From: Actinomycetes bacterium
Lineage (GTDB): Bacteria > Actinomycetota > Acidimicrobiia > Acidimicrobiales > JAJYXR01
Assembly (NCBI GenBank): GCA_021801525.1
Contig: JAJYXW010000123.1
Coordinates: 1,766-65,765 of the forward strand
DNA: 64,000 nt
Direction of reading: 5' to 3'
A program made the position numbers and the translations under genes. The notes beneath the pieces were generated by a model. That model searched no databases and was not told the origin of the DNA. It worked only from the letters and a program-made list of their open reading frames with translations. This document shows, in pieces, positions 26,339 to 34,260 of this stretch (its first letter is position 1; each line of letters opens with the position of its first letter).

Positions 26339-27010
26339 GTGAGCATCGGCATACTCGGAGGGACCGGGCCGCTGGGACGGGGACTGGCAGCGCGCCTTGC
26401 CAGCGCGGGCGAGGAGGTCTTCATAGGGTCGCGCGACGCTGAGCGGGCCGCCTCTGTAGCCGGCACGCTCGCGTCGATGTGGCCGGGCATCTCGGCGCAG
26501 GTCTCGGGATCCTCCAACGAGGCTGCGGCGAAATGCGACAGCGTGGTGGTGGCTACACCGTGGGACTCCGCATTCCAGACGGTGAGGCCCCTAGCCGGGG
26601 ATCTTGCCGCGAAGCTCGTCATATCGGTGGGTACTGCCCTCGTCCGGCAGGGTCGCGAGGTGCAACCGGTCGTGCCCGCACGGGGCTCGGTGGCTGCCTC
26701 GCTCCAGGCCGCCCTGCCCGAGAGCGCCGTGGCGGCGGCGTGCCACCATCTTCCCGCTGAGCGCCTCGAGGACCCCGAAGACACCCTCGGGGTCGACGTT
26801 CTCGTGTGCGCCGACGCGCCCGGGACGAGGAGAGCGGCCATGGAGCTGCTGGCGAGAGTGCCGGGACTTCGTCCGCTCGACGCGGGGAGCCTTGCGATGG
26901 CGGCTCCCGTCGAGGCGTTCACGGCCGTTCTGGTGAGCCTGAACATTCGCTACAAGGCGCGCACGACCGTGCGTATCGAGGGTGTCGAGTCTGGCGCAGC
27001 GGGCCGATGA
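26339..27010 (+). CDS. npdG: NADPH-dependent F420 reductase-like (NADP oxidoreductase, coenzyme F420-dependent family)
   Basis: Rossmann N-terminus VSIGILGGTGPLGRGLAARLASAGEEVFIGSRD. The start is set at GTG 26339; the upstream part of track ORF 25874.. overlaps fabI. Confidence 0.6.
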   Translation: MSIGILGGTGPLGRGLAARLASAGEEVFIGSRDAERAASVAGTLASMWPGISAQVSGSSNEAAAKCDSVVVATPWDSAFQTVRPLAGDLAAKLVISVGTALVRQGREVQPVVPARGSVAASLQAALPESAVAAACHHLPAERLEDPEDTLGVDVLVCADAPGTRRAAMELLARVPGLRPLDAGSLAMAAPVEAFTAVLVSLNIRYKARTTVRIEGVESGAAGR

Positions 27011-28161
27011 TGCGACTCTTCGACACGGCTGCGGGCGAGGTAGTGCCCTTCGCGCCCGGGCGCGTGGCGACTATGTACACCTGCGGCATCACGCCCTATG
27101 ACTCGGCGCACCTCGGACACGCAGCCGTGTACCTGGCCTGCGACGTGCTCCAGCGCCGACTTCGCGACCTCGGGCACTCCACACGCTGCGTGCGAAATGT
27201 CACCGACGTCGACGACGACATCCTTCGCAAGGCCCGGGAGCTCGGTGTCCACTACCTCGATCTTGCTGCGGAGGAGATGGCACGTTTCGACGCGGATATG
27301 AAGGCGTTGAACCTCCTGCCTGCCTACGCCGAGCCGCGGGCTACGTCCGCGATACCCGAGATCCTCTCCCTCGTGGACGCCCTGGTCTCCTCCGGCCATG
27401 CTTATGCTGGCGCGGGAGCGGTCTACTTCGACGTCTCCAGCGCGCCGAACTTCGGGCACCTGAGCCGGCTCGGGCGTGAAGAGATGCTGGCACTTGCGGC
27501 CGAGAGGGGTGGCAACCCCGAGGACCCCGCGAAGCGCGACCCGCTCGACTTCGTCCTCTGGCAGCCGGCTGCTCCGGACGAGCCGTCGTGGGAATCGCGT
27601 TTCGGACCCGGGAGACCGGGTTGGCACATCGAGTGCTCTGCGCTCGCCATGCGGGAGCTCGGGCCGACAGTCGACCTGCACGGAGGAGGGAGCGACCTCG
27701 TCTTCCCGCATCACGAGTGCGAGGCAGCTCAATCGGAAGCTGTGACCGGTAAGCCGCTCGCGCGTCACTGGTTCCACGTGGGGATGGTGGGCCTGGGCGG
27801 GCGCAAGATGTCGAAATCGCTCGGGAACCTGGTATTCGTGGGCGACCTGCTCGAGGACTGGGAGCCCGACGCAGTGAGACTGGCCGTGCTCGCGCAGCAC
27901 TATCGCTCCGGCTGGGAATTCGACCCTGCCGCGCTGGACCTGGCTTCTGCCCGGCTGGATCGCTGGCGCGGGGCGGGGAAGGGAGATGCGGGCCTCGAGG
28001 ACGTGAGGAGGCTGCTCGACGACGACCTCGACACCCCCGGTGCGATCGAGGCGCTCGATGCCGCCAGCGCGAGCGGCGGGGTGTCCGCCGGCGCGGCCCT
28101 GCTCGGCGTGGAGACCGCGTACTCGAGCGAACCAGGGCGGAGGCCGACCGGCCGTGGCTGA
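27007..28161 (+). CDS. mshC: cysteine ligase of the CysRS/MshC family, MshC-like (Cys:GlcN-Ins ligase)
   Basis: The motifs are CGITPYDSAHLGHAA, NVTDVDDDIL, ERGGNPEDPAKRDPLDFVLWQ, GRPGWHIECSA, GGGSDLVFPHHECEAAQ and KMSKSLGN. The ~385-aa length lacks the CysRS anticodon domain. There is an ATGA overlap with the npdG stop. Confidence 0.7.
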   Translation: MMRLFDTAAGEVVPFAPGRVATMYTCGITPYDSAHLGHAAVYLACDVLQRRLRDLGHSTRCVRNVTDVDDDILRKARELGVHYLDLAAEEMARFDADMKALNLLPAYAEPRATSAIPEILSLVDALVSSGHAYAGAGAVYFDVSSAPNFGHLSRLGREEMLALAAERGGNPEDPAKRDPLDFVLWQPAAPDEPSWESRFGPGRPGWHIECSALAMRELGPTVDLHGGGSDLVFPHHECEAAQSEAVTGKPLARHWFHVGMVGLGGRKMSKSLGNLVFVGDLLEDWEPDAVRLAVLAQHYRSGWEFDPAALDLASARLDRWRGAGKGDAGLEDVRRLLDDDLDTPGAIEALDAASASGGVSAGAALLGVETAYSSEPGRRPTGRG

Positions 28162-30139
28162 CGCCCCCTACGAGGTGGACCTCGCTGGCGAGCTCGTCGC
28201 CGGCCTGGAGCCTGGTGCGAAGGCGGCCGACGTGGCGAGGGCCCTCGGGTTGCCCGAGCGAGGTGCCGGCGCGCCGGTGGCGGCACTGCTCGACGGGGAG
28301 TTGGTCGACCTCGGGGCTGCGATCGCAGGAGCGCGCAAGGTCGTGCTGGTGCCGGCGACAGTCCCGGAAGGCCGCGCCGTGCTGCGTCACTCGACAGCGC
28401 ACGTCATGGCGCAGGCCGTCACGGACCTGTGGCCGGGAGCCAGCTTCGCGATAGGGCCGGCAGTCGACGACGGCTTCTACTACGACTTCGAGCTCCCCGG
28501 AGGAGCCACGCTCACCGATGCAGACCTCGCCAGGATCGAGGCTCGGATGGCCGAGATCGTCTCCGAGGACCAGCCCTTCTCGCGCGAAGAGCACACGCTG
28601 GAGGATGGTCTGGCCCTTTTCGCCGGCCAGCCGTACAAGAGGGAGATCATCGAGGCAATACGCTCGGACGCGTCCGGAGGCGCCGGTGGCGGCATTGCGC
28701 CGACGTTGAGCGTTTATCGCAACAACGAGCGCTTTGTCGACCTGTGCCGGGGTCCGCACGTACCGTCCACCGGCCGGCTCGGCCACTTCAAGCTGCTGAG
28801 GGTGGCCGGCGCCTACTGGCGGGGCGACGAGCACCGCCCGCAGCTCCAGCGTGTCTACGGCACGGCTTTCGAGTCGGAAGAGCTGCTCGCCGAGCACCTT
28901 GCACGTTTGGAGGAGGCCGAAGCGCGCGATCACCGCCGTCTCGGTGCCGAGCTGGACCTTTTCTCTTTCCCGAGGGAGATCGGCTCGGGTCTGGCCATAT
29001 TCCATCCTCGCGGCGGCCTGGTGCGCAGGCTGATGGAGGACGCGTCGAGAGAGCGCCATGCAGCAGGTGGTTACGAGTCTGTCTTCACGCCCCATGTCAC
29101 CAAGGCCGAGCTGTTCGAGACCTCAGGGCATCTGGAATGGTTCGCTGACGGGATGTTCCCGCCGATGGAGCTGGACGAGGGCCAGCGTTACTACGTGAAG
29201 CCGATGAACTGTCCCTTCCACATCCTCGTCTACAGGTCCAGGCAGCGGTCGTACCGTGAGCTGCCGATGCGCCTCTTCGAGCTCGGGACCGTGTACCGCT
29301 ACGAGAAGTCCGGCGTTGTCCATGGCCTCACAAGGGTGCGTGGGATGACCCAGGACGACTCGCACATCTTCTGCACCAGGGAGCAGATGCCAGCCGAGCT
29401 CTCGTCGATCTTCGACCTGGTCCTCGACGTCCTCGGAGACTACGGGCTGGACGACTTCTACATGGAGCTGTCCACCCGTCCGGAAGGCAAGGCGGCGGGA
29501 AGCGACGAGGAGTGGGAGGAGGCTACCGACGCGCTTCGCTCGGTGGCCGAAGGCCGGGGGCTCGAGCTCGTCGTTGACGAGGGCGGTGGGGCGTTCTACG
29601 GCCCGAAGATCTCGGTGCAGGCCCGTGACGCGATCGGCCGGAGCTGGCAGGTTTCCACGGTGCAGCTCGATTTCCAGCTCCCGCGCCGATTCGGACTCGA
29701 GTACGTCGGGGCGGACAACCAGAGACAGCGTCCGGTCATGATCCACCGGGCGCTGTTCGGGACGGTGGAGCGCTTCCTCGCCATCCTTCTCGAGCACTAC
29801 GCGGGAGCCCTGCCGGTATGGCTGTGCCCTGTGCAGGTCGCGATCCTGCCCGTGCGCGACGATCACGAGGCTTACGCGCGCTCTGTGTACGAGCGGTGCA
29901 CGGACGCGGGCCTGCGAGCGGAGGTGGACGAAGCGGACGAGCCCCTCGGCGCACGGATACGCAGGCAAAAAATGGCGAAGGTTCCCTACGTGTTGGTCGT
30001 GGGCGACGAGGATGTCGCGGGCGGGACCGTCGGGCTCAACCGGCGGGGCGGGTCCAAACCCGAGAGGGCCGTGCCTGTCGGTTCGTTCATAGCCGAGGCG
30101 GCCGCCGAGGCAGCTTCCAAGGGCAGAGCGCGGGCATGA
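28154..30139 (+). CDS. thrS: threonine--tRNA ligase
   Basis: It has a TGS/editing N-terminus, a class II core (MNCPFHILVY...FELGTVYRYE...) and an anticodon-binding C-terminus. The GTG start overlaps the mshC end by 8 nt. Confidence 0.88.
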   Translation: MADAPYEVDLAGELVAGLEPGAKAADVARALGLPERGAGAPVAALLDGELVDLGAAIAGARKVVLVPATVPEGRAVLRHSTAHVMAQAVTDLWPGASFAIGPAVDDGFYYDFELPGGATLTDADLARIEARMAEIVSEDQPFSREEHTLEDGLALFAGQPYKREIIEAIRSDASGGAGGGIAPTLSVYRNNERFVDLCRGPHVPSTGRLGHFKLLRVAGAYWRGDEHRPQLQRVYGTAFESEELLAEHLARLEEAEARDHRRLGAELDLFSFPREIGSGLAIFHPRGGLVRRLMEDASRERHAAGGYESVFTPHVTKAELFETSGHLEWFADGMFPPMELDEGQRYYVKPMNCPFHILVYRSRQRSYRELPMRLFELGTVYRYEKSGVVHGLTRVRGMTQDDSHIFCTREQMPAELSSIFDLVLDVLGDYGLDDFYMELSTRPEGKAAGSDEEWEEATDALRSVAEGRGLELVVDEGGGAFYGPKISVQARDAIGRSWQVSTVQLDFQLPRRFGLEYVGADNQRQRPVMIHRALFGTVERFLAILLEHYAGALPVWLCPVQVAILPVRDDHEAYARSVYERCTDAGLRAEVDEADEPLGARIRRQKMAKVPYVLVVGDEDVAGGTVGLNRRGGSKPERAVPVGSFIAEAAAEAASKGRARA

Positions 30140-30732
30140 GCCTCGAGCAGCTCTGGGCCGGCTGGCGGGCGCCGTACGTGGAGAAGGCGGGCAGTGCCCC
30201 GAGCGGTCCCACAGGCACGCCCGAGGACTCGCTGTCTGCCGGAGCCGGCGTGCCGGCAAGCGAAGGCGCGCAGGCGCACGGATCGCCTCGCTGCGTGTTC
30301 TGCGACATCATCGCAACCGGGGAGCCAGGCCCGTCGAACGGCGTGGTGTGGAGAGGCGAGCTGAGCGTGGCGGTGTTGAACGCCTTCCCGTACGCGAGCG
30401 GCCACCTCCTGGTGCTTCCGGTTCGCCACGTGGGCACCTTCGCCGAGCTGACGGAGGCCGAGGCAACCGACCTGTGGGCGGCCACAAGGGCGGCGCTCGT
30501 TGCGATCGAGTCGGCTTACCGGCCCGACGGGTCGAACCTGGGCGCCAACCTCGGACGAGCAGGCGGTGCAGGCTTGCCGGACCACCTGCACGTGCACGCG
30601 CTGCCGCGCTGGGCGGGGGACACCAACTTCATGACCGCTGTCGCGGGGGTTCGGGTGATGCCGGAGGCGTTGCCGGACTCCTGGGAGCGGCTACATCGAG
30701 CGTGGCCCAGGGAAGGTTCGCGCCGCTCGTAG
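30136..30732 (+). CDS. HIT-family nucleotide hydrolase/phosphorylase (Ap4A phosphorylase-like)
   Basis: The histidine triad reads LPDHLHVHALPRW. Its position after thrS and near pgsA matches the mycobacterial Rv2613c context. There is an ATGA overlap with the thrS stop. Confidence 0.72.
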   Translation: MSLEQLWAGWRAPYVEKAGSAPSGPTGTPEDSLSAGAGVPASEGAQAHGSPRCVFCDIIATGEPGPSNGVVWRGELSVAVLNAFPYASGHLLVLPVRHVGTFAELTEAEATDLWAATRAALVAIESAYRPDGSNLGANLGRAGGAGLPDHLHVHALPRWAGDTNFMTAVAGVRVMPEALPDSWERLHRAWPREGSRRS

Positions 30733-30865
30733 CTGCACGTCGCGCGTAGCTGGAGCTACGTCGAGGACGAGAACACCGCCAGGGGCGTCATCTGGCCGGT
30801 GAGCGCGCGTGGTACTTCCGGGACGGAGCACTAGGCCGCACCAGGTCTCGGGAGCGCTCTCGGGG

Positions 30866-32929
30866 TCAGCCGGCAGGATGGGCGGTGAGCTTGGCGACGA
30901 GATTGGGCGGCATGGTGTCGTAGTGGTCGTGGTCGGCCGAGAAGCGCCCGCGCCCGCCGGTGAGTGCGCGCAGGTCCACGGCGTACCTCCGTATCTCGGC
31001 CGTCGGGACGAGTGCGGAGATCACCTGGCGGTCGCCGCCTAGCGCGTCGGTCCCCTGCACGCGACCGCGGCGCGCATTCAGGTCGCCGAGGACGTCTCCC
31101 TGCATTCCCGAGGGAACTATTACTGTCAATCGTGAGATCGGTTCGAGCACTACCGGCTCAGCCTTCGCCACTGCGTCCTTGAACGCGAGAGCGCCTGCCA
31201 TCTTGAAGCTCATCTCGGAGGAGTCGACGGGGTGGTACTTCCCGTCGTAGCAGGTGACCTTGACGTCCACGACGGGGAACCCGTGCGGCCCGCCCTGTGA
31301 CATCGCCTCGAGGACTCCCTTCTCCACGGCCGGTATGTACTGCTTGGGAATGGCGCCTCCTACGACCGCGTCCACGAACTCGAAGCCCTGGCCCCGCTCG
31401 AGCGGCTCGACCCGGAGGTCGGCCACTCCGAACTGGCCGTGTCCGCCGGTCTGCTTCTTGTACTTTCCCTCGGCTTGGGAGCGAGCTGTGATCGTCTCCC
31501 GGTAGGGCACCAGGAGATCCTCGGTCTCCACTTCCACGCCGAACTTGCGGTGGAGCTTCTCGCACGCGACCGCCAGGTGCGTCTCGCCGGTCCCAGACAG
31601 GAGGGTCTGGTGAGTCTCGTCGACGCGCCGCACCTGGAGGGAGGGGTCCTCCTCCTGGAGGCGGTGCAGGCCGGTCATCAGCTTGTCCTCGTCGCCCTTG
31701 GACTTGGGGCGGATCGCAACCGAGAGCACTGCCGGCTCGGGCTCGGGGAACGAGACGATCACGGGGGTCCCCTTGGGGGCGAGCGTGTCTCCCGTGGCCG
31801 TGCTCGACAGCTTTGGCACGGCGATCAGGTCCCCGGCTTGGGCTTCGGAGAGCGGCTCGGTGTCCTTGCCCCTTATGAGTTGGAGAACATGGAGGCGCTC
31901 CTCGGTGTGGGTCCTCGGGTTGACGAGGGTGCTGTCGGGTCTGATCGTGCCCGAGAGGACCCTGAGGAGGGAGATCTTGCCCACGTAGGGGTCCGACAGG
32001 GTCTTGAAGACGGCTGCAAGGGGCTGCCCCGCGGGGTCGCAGGAGATCTGGATGGGCTGCCCTGCGCCGGAGGCCTCCGGCACGCCAGCGTGGTCAGCCG
32101 ACGGCGCAAGCTCTGCGAGCAGGTTGGCCAGCCGGTCCACGCCCACTCCCGTTGCTGCGGAGCCGCAGACCACGGGGAACACGCTACCCGCAGCTATTCC
32201 CGAAGCGAGGGCCTTCTCGAGCTCGCCGGCGGAGGGCAGGTCTCCTTCGAGATATCGCTCCATGAGGGCGTCGTCTGCGACCACGATCCCCTCGACGAGC
32301 TGCTCCCGCACACGCTTCTCCCTCGGTGCGAGCTGCTCGGGAATGGGGCCCCGCGTTGGCGCGGCACTCGCGTCGTAGACGATGGCCTCGTCGCTCAGCA
32401 GGTCGGCTATGCCTCGGAAGGCTGCCTCCTCACCGAGCGGGAGCTCCAGGGGAGCTATACCGGAGCCGAAGTTGGCGACGAGCTCGTCGAGCACGCGATC
32501 GAAGCTCGCCCTCTCCCGGTCGAGCTTGTTCACGAAGATCATGCGTGGCAGCCCGAGCTCCGCGGCAAGCTCCCAGGCCGTTACGGCCTGGGCTTCGACC
32601 CCCTCGACGGCGCTTACCACGAGGACGGCAAGGCCGGCGGCGAAGAAGGCAGAACGCACTTCGCCGAAGAAGTCTGCATATCCCGGTGTGTCGATCAGGT
32701 TCACCTTGACGTCGCCGACCCGGAACGGTGCCAGCGAGAGCGACAAAGACATGCGCCTTCGCGTCTCCTCGGGGTCGAAGTCACAGGTGGCCGTTCCGTC
32801 GTCCACCCGGCCGGCGCGCGAGATGGCGCCAGTGCAGGCGAGAAGGGCTTCGGCCAGCGAAGTCTTCCCGGCACCGTTGTGACCGGCGAGAGCCACGTTC
32901 CGGATGTTTGCGGGTGCATCGCTCGGCAC
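30866..32929 (-). CDS. elongation factor G paralog (EF-G-like GTPase)
   Basis: G1 motif AGHNGAGKTS, DTPGYADF, and NKLD, plus EF-G domains II-V. It is 687 aa with a GTG start. Confidence 0.8.
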   Translation of the reverse strand: MPSDAPANIRNVALAGHNGAGKTSLAEALLACTGAISRAGRVDDGTATCDFDPEETRRRMSLSLSLAPFRVGDVKVNLIDTPGYADFFGEVRSAFFAAGLAVLVVSAVEGVEAQAVTAWELAAELGLPRMIFVNKLDRERASFDRVLDELVANFGSGIAPLELPLGEEAAFRGIADLLSDEAIVYDASAAPTRGPIPEQLAPREKRVREQLVEGIVVADDALMERYLEGDLPSAGELEKALASGIAAGSVFPVVCGSAATGVGVDRLANLLAELAPSADHAGVPEASGAGQPIQISCDPAGQPLAAVFKTLSDPYVGKISLLRVLSGTIRPDSTLVNPRTHTEERLHVLQLIRGKDTEPLSEAQAGDLIAVPKLSSTATGDTLAPKGTPVIVSFPEPEPAVLSVAIRPKSKGDEDKLMTGLHRLQEEDPSLQVRRVDETHQTLLSGTGETHLAVACEKLHRKFGVEVETEDLLVPYRETITARSQAEGKYKKQTGGHGQFGVADLRVEPLERGQGFEFVDAVVGGAIPKQYIPAVEKGVLEAMSQGGPHGFPVVDVKVTCYDGKYHPVDSSEMSFKMAGALAFKDAVAKAEPVVLEPISRLTVIVPSGMQGDVLGDLNARRGRVQGTDALGGDRQVISALVPTAEIRRYAVDLRALTGGRGRFSADHDHYDTMPPNLVAKLTAHPAG

Positions 32930-33049
32930 TCCAGTACCTCCCTCGAGTTGACGGCGCCAGAGGCGCCCCCCTGCAGGGTCGTTTGGTGCACGAGCCTACC
33001 GGCAGCGAAGGCACCCTGCTCTCCGGTGGTAGGCACGCAGGCACCCAGT

Positions 33050-33065
33050 CAGGCATGGATGCCTG
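33050..33065. promoter_or_regulatory. 16-bp palindrome CAGGCATGGATGCCTG in the divergent intergenic region
   Basis: It has perfect 7+7 inverted arms around GG. It is preceded by AGGCAC hexamers at 33031 and 33039. Confidence 0.3.
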
Positions 33066-33067
33066 CG

Positions 33068-33112
33068 CCCCAACCTGGTAGCCCCCAACCTGGTAGCCCC
33101 CAACCTGGTAAC
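33068..33112 (+). repeat. 15-nt direct repeat x3 (ccccaacctggtagc), non-coding, 34 nt upstream of the pgsA start
   Basis: The units are 33068-33082, 33083-33097 and 33098-33112 (the last ends aac). Confidence 0.85.
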
Positions 33113-33145
33113 ATGGTGGAGAGCGTTCCCCGGAGGAGCCGATAT

Positions 33146-34072
33146 ATGTTCGACGGCCGGTGGCGGCACAGCGTTGATGGCGCTACTGCGCCAGTAGGCA
33201 AGTTCCTGAAGCACACGGGCGTGAGCGCCGACGTATTGACGGCGTTCGGTCTTGCGGCGTCCCTGGCTACAGCGCTGGCAATAGCGACGGGACATCTGCT
33301 GCTCGGTCTGGTGCTCATGGTGCTGGCAGCCGTGGCCGATCTCCTCGACGGCCCGGTGGCGAAGGCTTCCGGAAGAGCGTCTGCACGCGGCGCCTTCTTC
33401 GACTCGGTGGCCGACCGGGTCTCCGATGCGCTGGTGCTCGGTGGCATCGCCTGGTTCCTCGTGGCCAGCGGGCATGGTCTCGATGCCATGCTTGCCTTCG
33501 CCCTGTACGCAGCTACGGCTCTCGTGTCCTACGAGAGGGCAAAGGGAGAGCTTCTGGGCATAGATGCGAAGGGCGGTCTGATGGAGAGAGCCGAACGCCT
33601 GATCGCGCTCGGTGCCACGCTGCTCGCTGCGTCGATTTGGGAACCGGCTCTCGCTATAGGGCTCGCCGTGATGCTGGCAGCCGTCTTGGCGACTGCCGTG
33701 GGACGCTTCCGGAGGGTGTGGTTGGCTGCGGACAGCGGTGACGCCACCAGGCGTGCCCGCGAGCCCCAGCTGGTTCGCTGGCACGAGGGGCGGGTGGACT
33801 CACGCTGGCGTGTCTGGCGACAGGCGCGCTTCTCCGCGCACCCTTCCGCCAGGCCATCGGGCGCAGGGCTGTCCTCTGTGGCAGTGCCGAGCGGATCGCC
33901 GGGAGGACCCGTGGTGCACAGGCGGACCGGCACCGCCTTCCACCGCTGGCGCGCGCGGCGCGCCGAGGTTGCCTCTGGAAGCGCAGCGGGTCGCTGGAGG
34001 CCCCGGGCGAGTACGGGATACTCACGCCAGCGCGACCGTCCTCCGAGGCGCCCTACCGGCGGCGCTTCCTGA
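33146..34072 (+). CDS. pgsA: CDP-alcohol phosphatidyltransferase (phosphatidylinositol-phosphate synthase-like) with ~110-aa Arg/Trp-rich C-terminal extension
   Basis: The motif is DLLDGPVAKASGRASARGAFFDSVADRVSD. The ATG at 33146 (MFDGRW) is preceded by a GGAGGAG SD. The upstream part of track ORF 31439.. is antisense to the EF-G gene. Confidence 0.78.
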   Translation: MFDGRWRHSVDGATAPVGKFLKHTGVSADVLTAFGLAASLATALAIATGHLLLGLVLMVLAAVADLLDGPVAKASGRASARGAFFDSVADRVSDALVLGGIAWFLVASGHGLDAMLAFALYAATALVSYERAKGELLGIDAKGGLMERAERLIALGATLLAASIWEPALAIGLAVMLAAVLATAVGRFRRVWLAADSGDATRRAREPQLVRWHEGRVDSRWRVWRQARFSAHPSARPSGAGLSSVAVPSGSPGGPVVHRRTGTAFHRWRARRAEVASGSAAGRWRPRASTGYSRQRDRPPRRPTGGAS

Positions 34073-34235
34073 GAGGTTCAGCGGATAGGGATGCCGGGCT
34101 TGCCGTCCCCCAGACTTCGCATCGCGGCGTTGTCGTCGTTGGACAGGCACTCCAGCCTGCCCTTCCTCCTCCGCCTTGCCCTGCTCGTCTGGATGAACGG
34201 CTCCCTGATCCAACCCCCCTATCCGCTGGGCCTCT
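34072..34235 (+). repeat. 164-nt long-hairpin (MITE-like or structured-RNA) element with 19-nt terminal inverted repeats
   Basis: AGAGGTTCAGCGGATAGGG (34072-34090) pairs with CCCTATCCGCTGGGCCTCT (34217-34235). The two mismatches are G-U compatible only on the plus strand. Further inner pairings are AGGGATGCC/GGCTCCCT, GCCGT/ACGGC and CAGAC/GTCTG. Confidence 0.7.
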
Positions 34236-34260
34236 AGGCCTCTAAAGGCTGCCTGAGCGA

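Noticed and set aside
30745-30760. Inverted repeat CGTAGCT-GG-AGCTACG between the convergent HIT and EF-G-like genes, considered as a bidirectional terminator.
   Set aside because: The stem is short with a minimal loop and no flanking T/A tracts. It is plausible but unsupported, so it is not listed as a feature.
31439-33145. 5' extensions of track ORFs. The 877-aa ORF 31439-34072 is one example. Others are 14307-15560, 18667-19290, 7492..8937 beyond 8628, 10390..12219 beyond 11859, 11877..12728 beyond 12431, 25874-26338, 28040-28153, 39730-40119, 42259-42525, 58676-58801 and 60351-60680.
   Set aside because: The extensions overlap neighbouring well-supported genes, lack family similarity and are Arg-rich. 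Realistic starts were chosen at overlapping ATGA/GTGA junctions or where homology to the family N-terminus begins.
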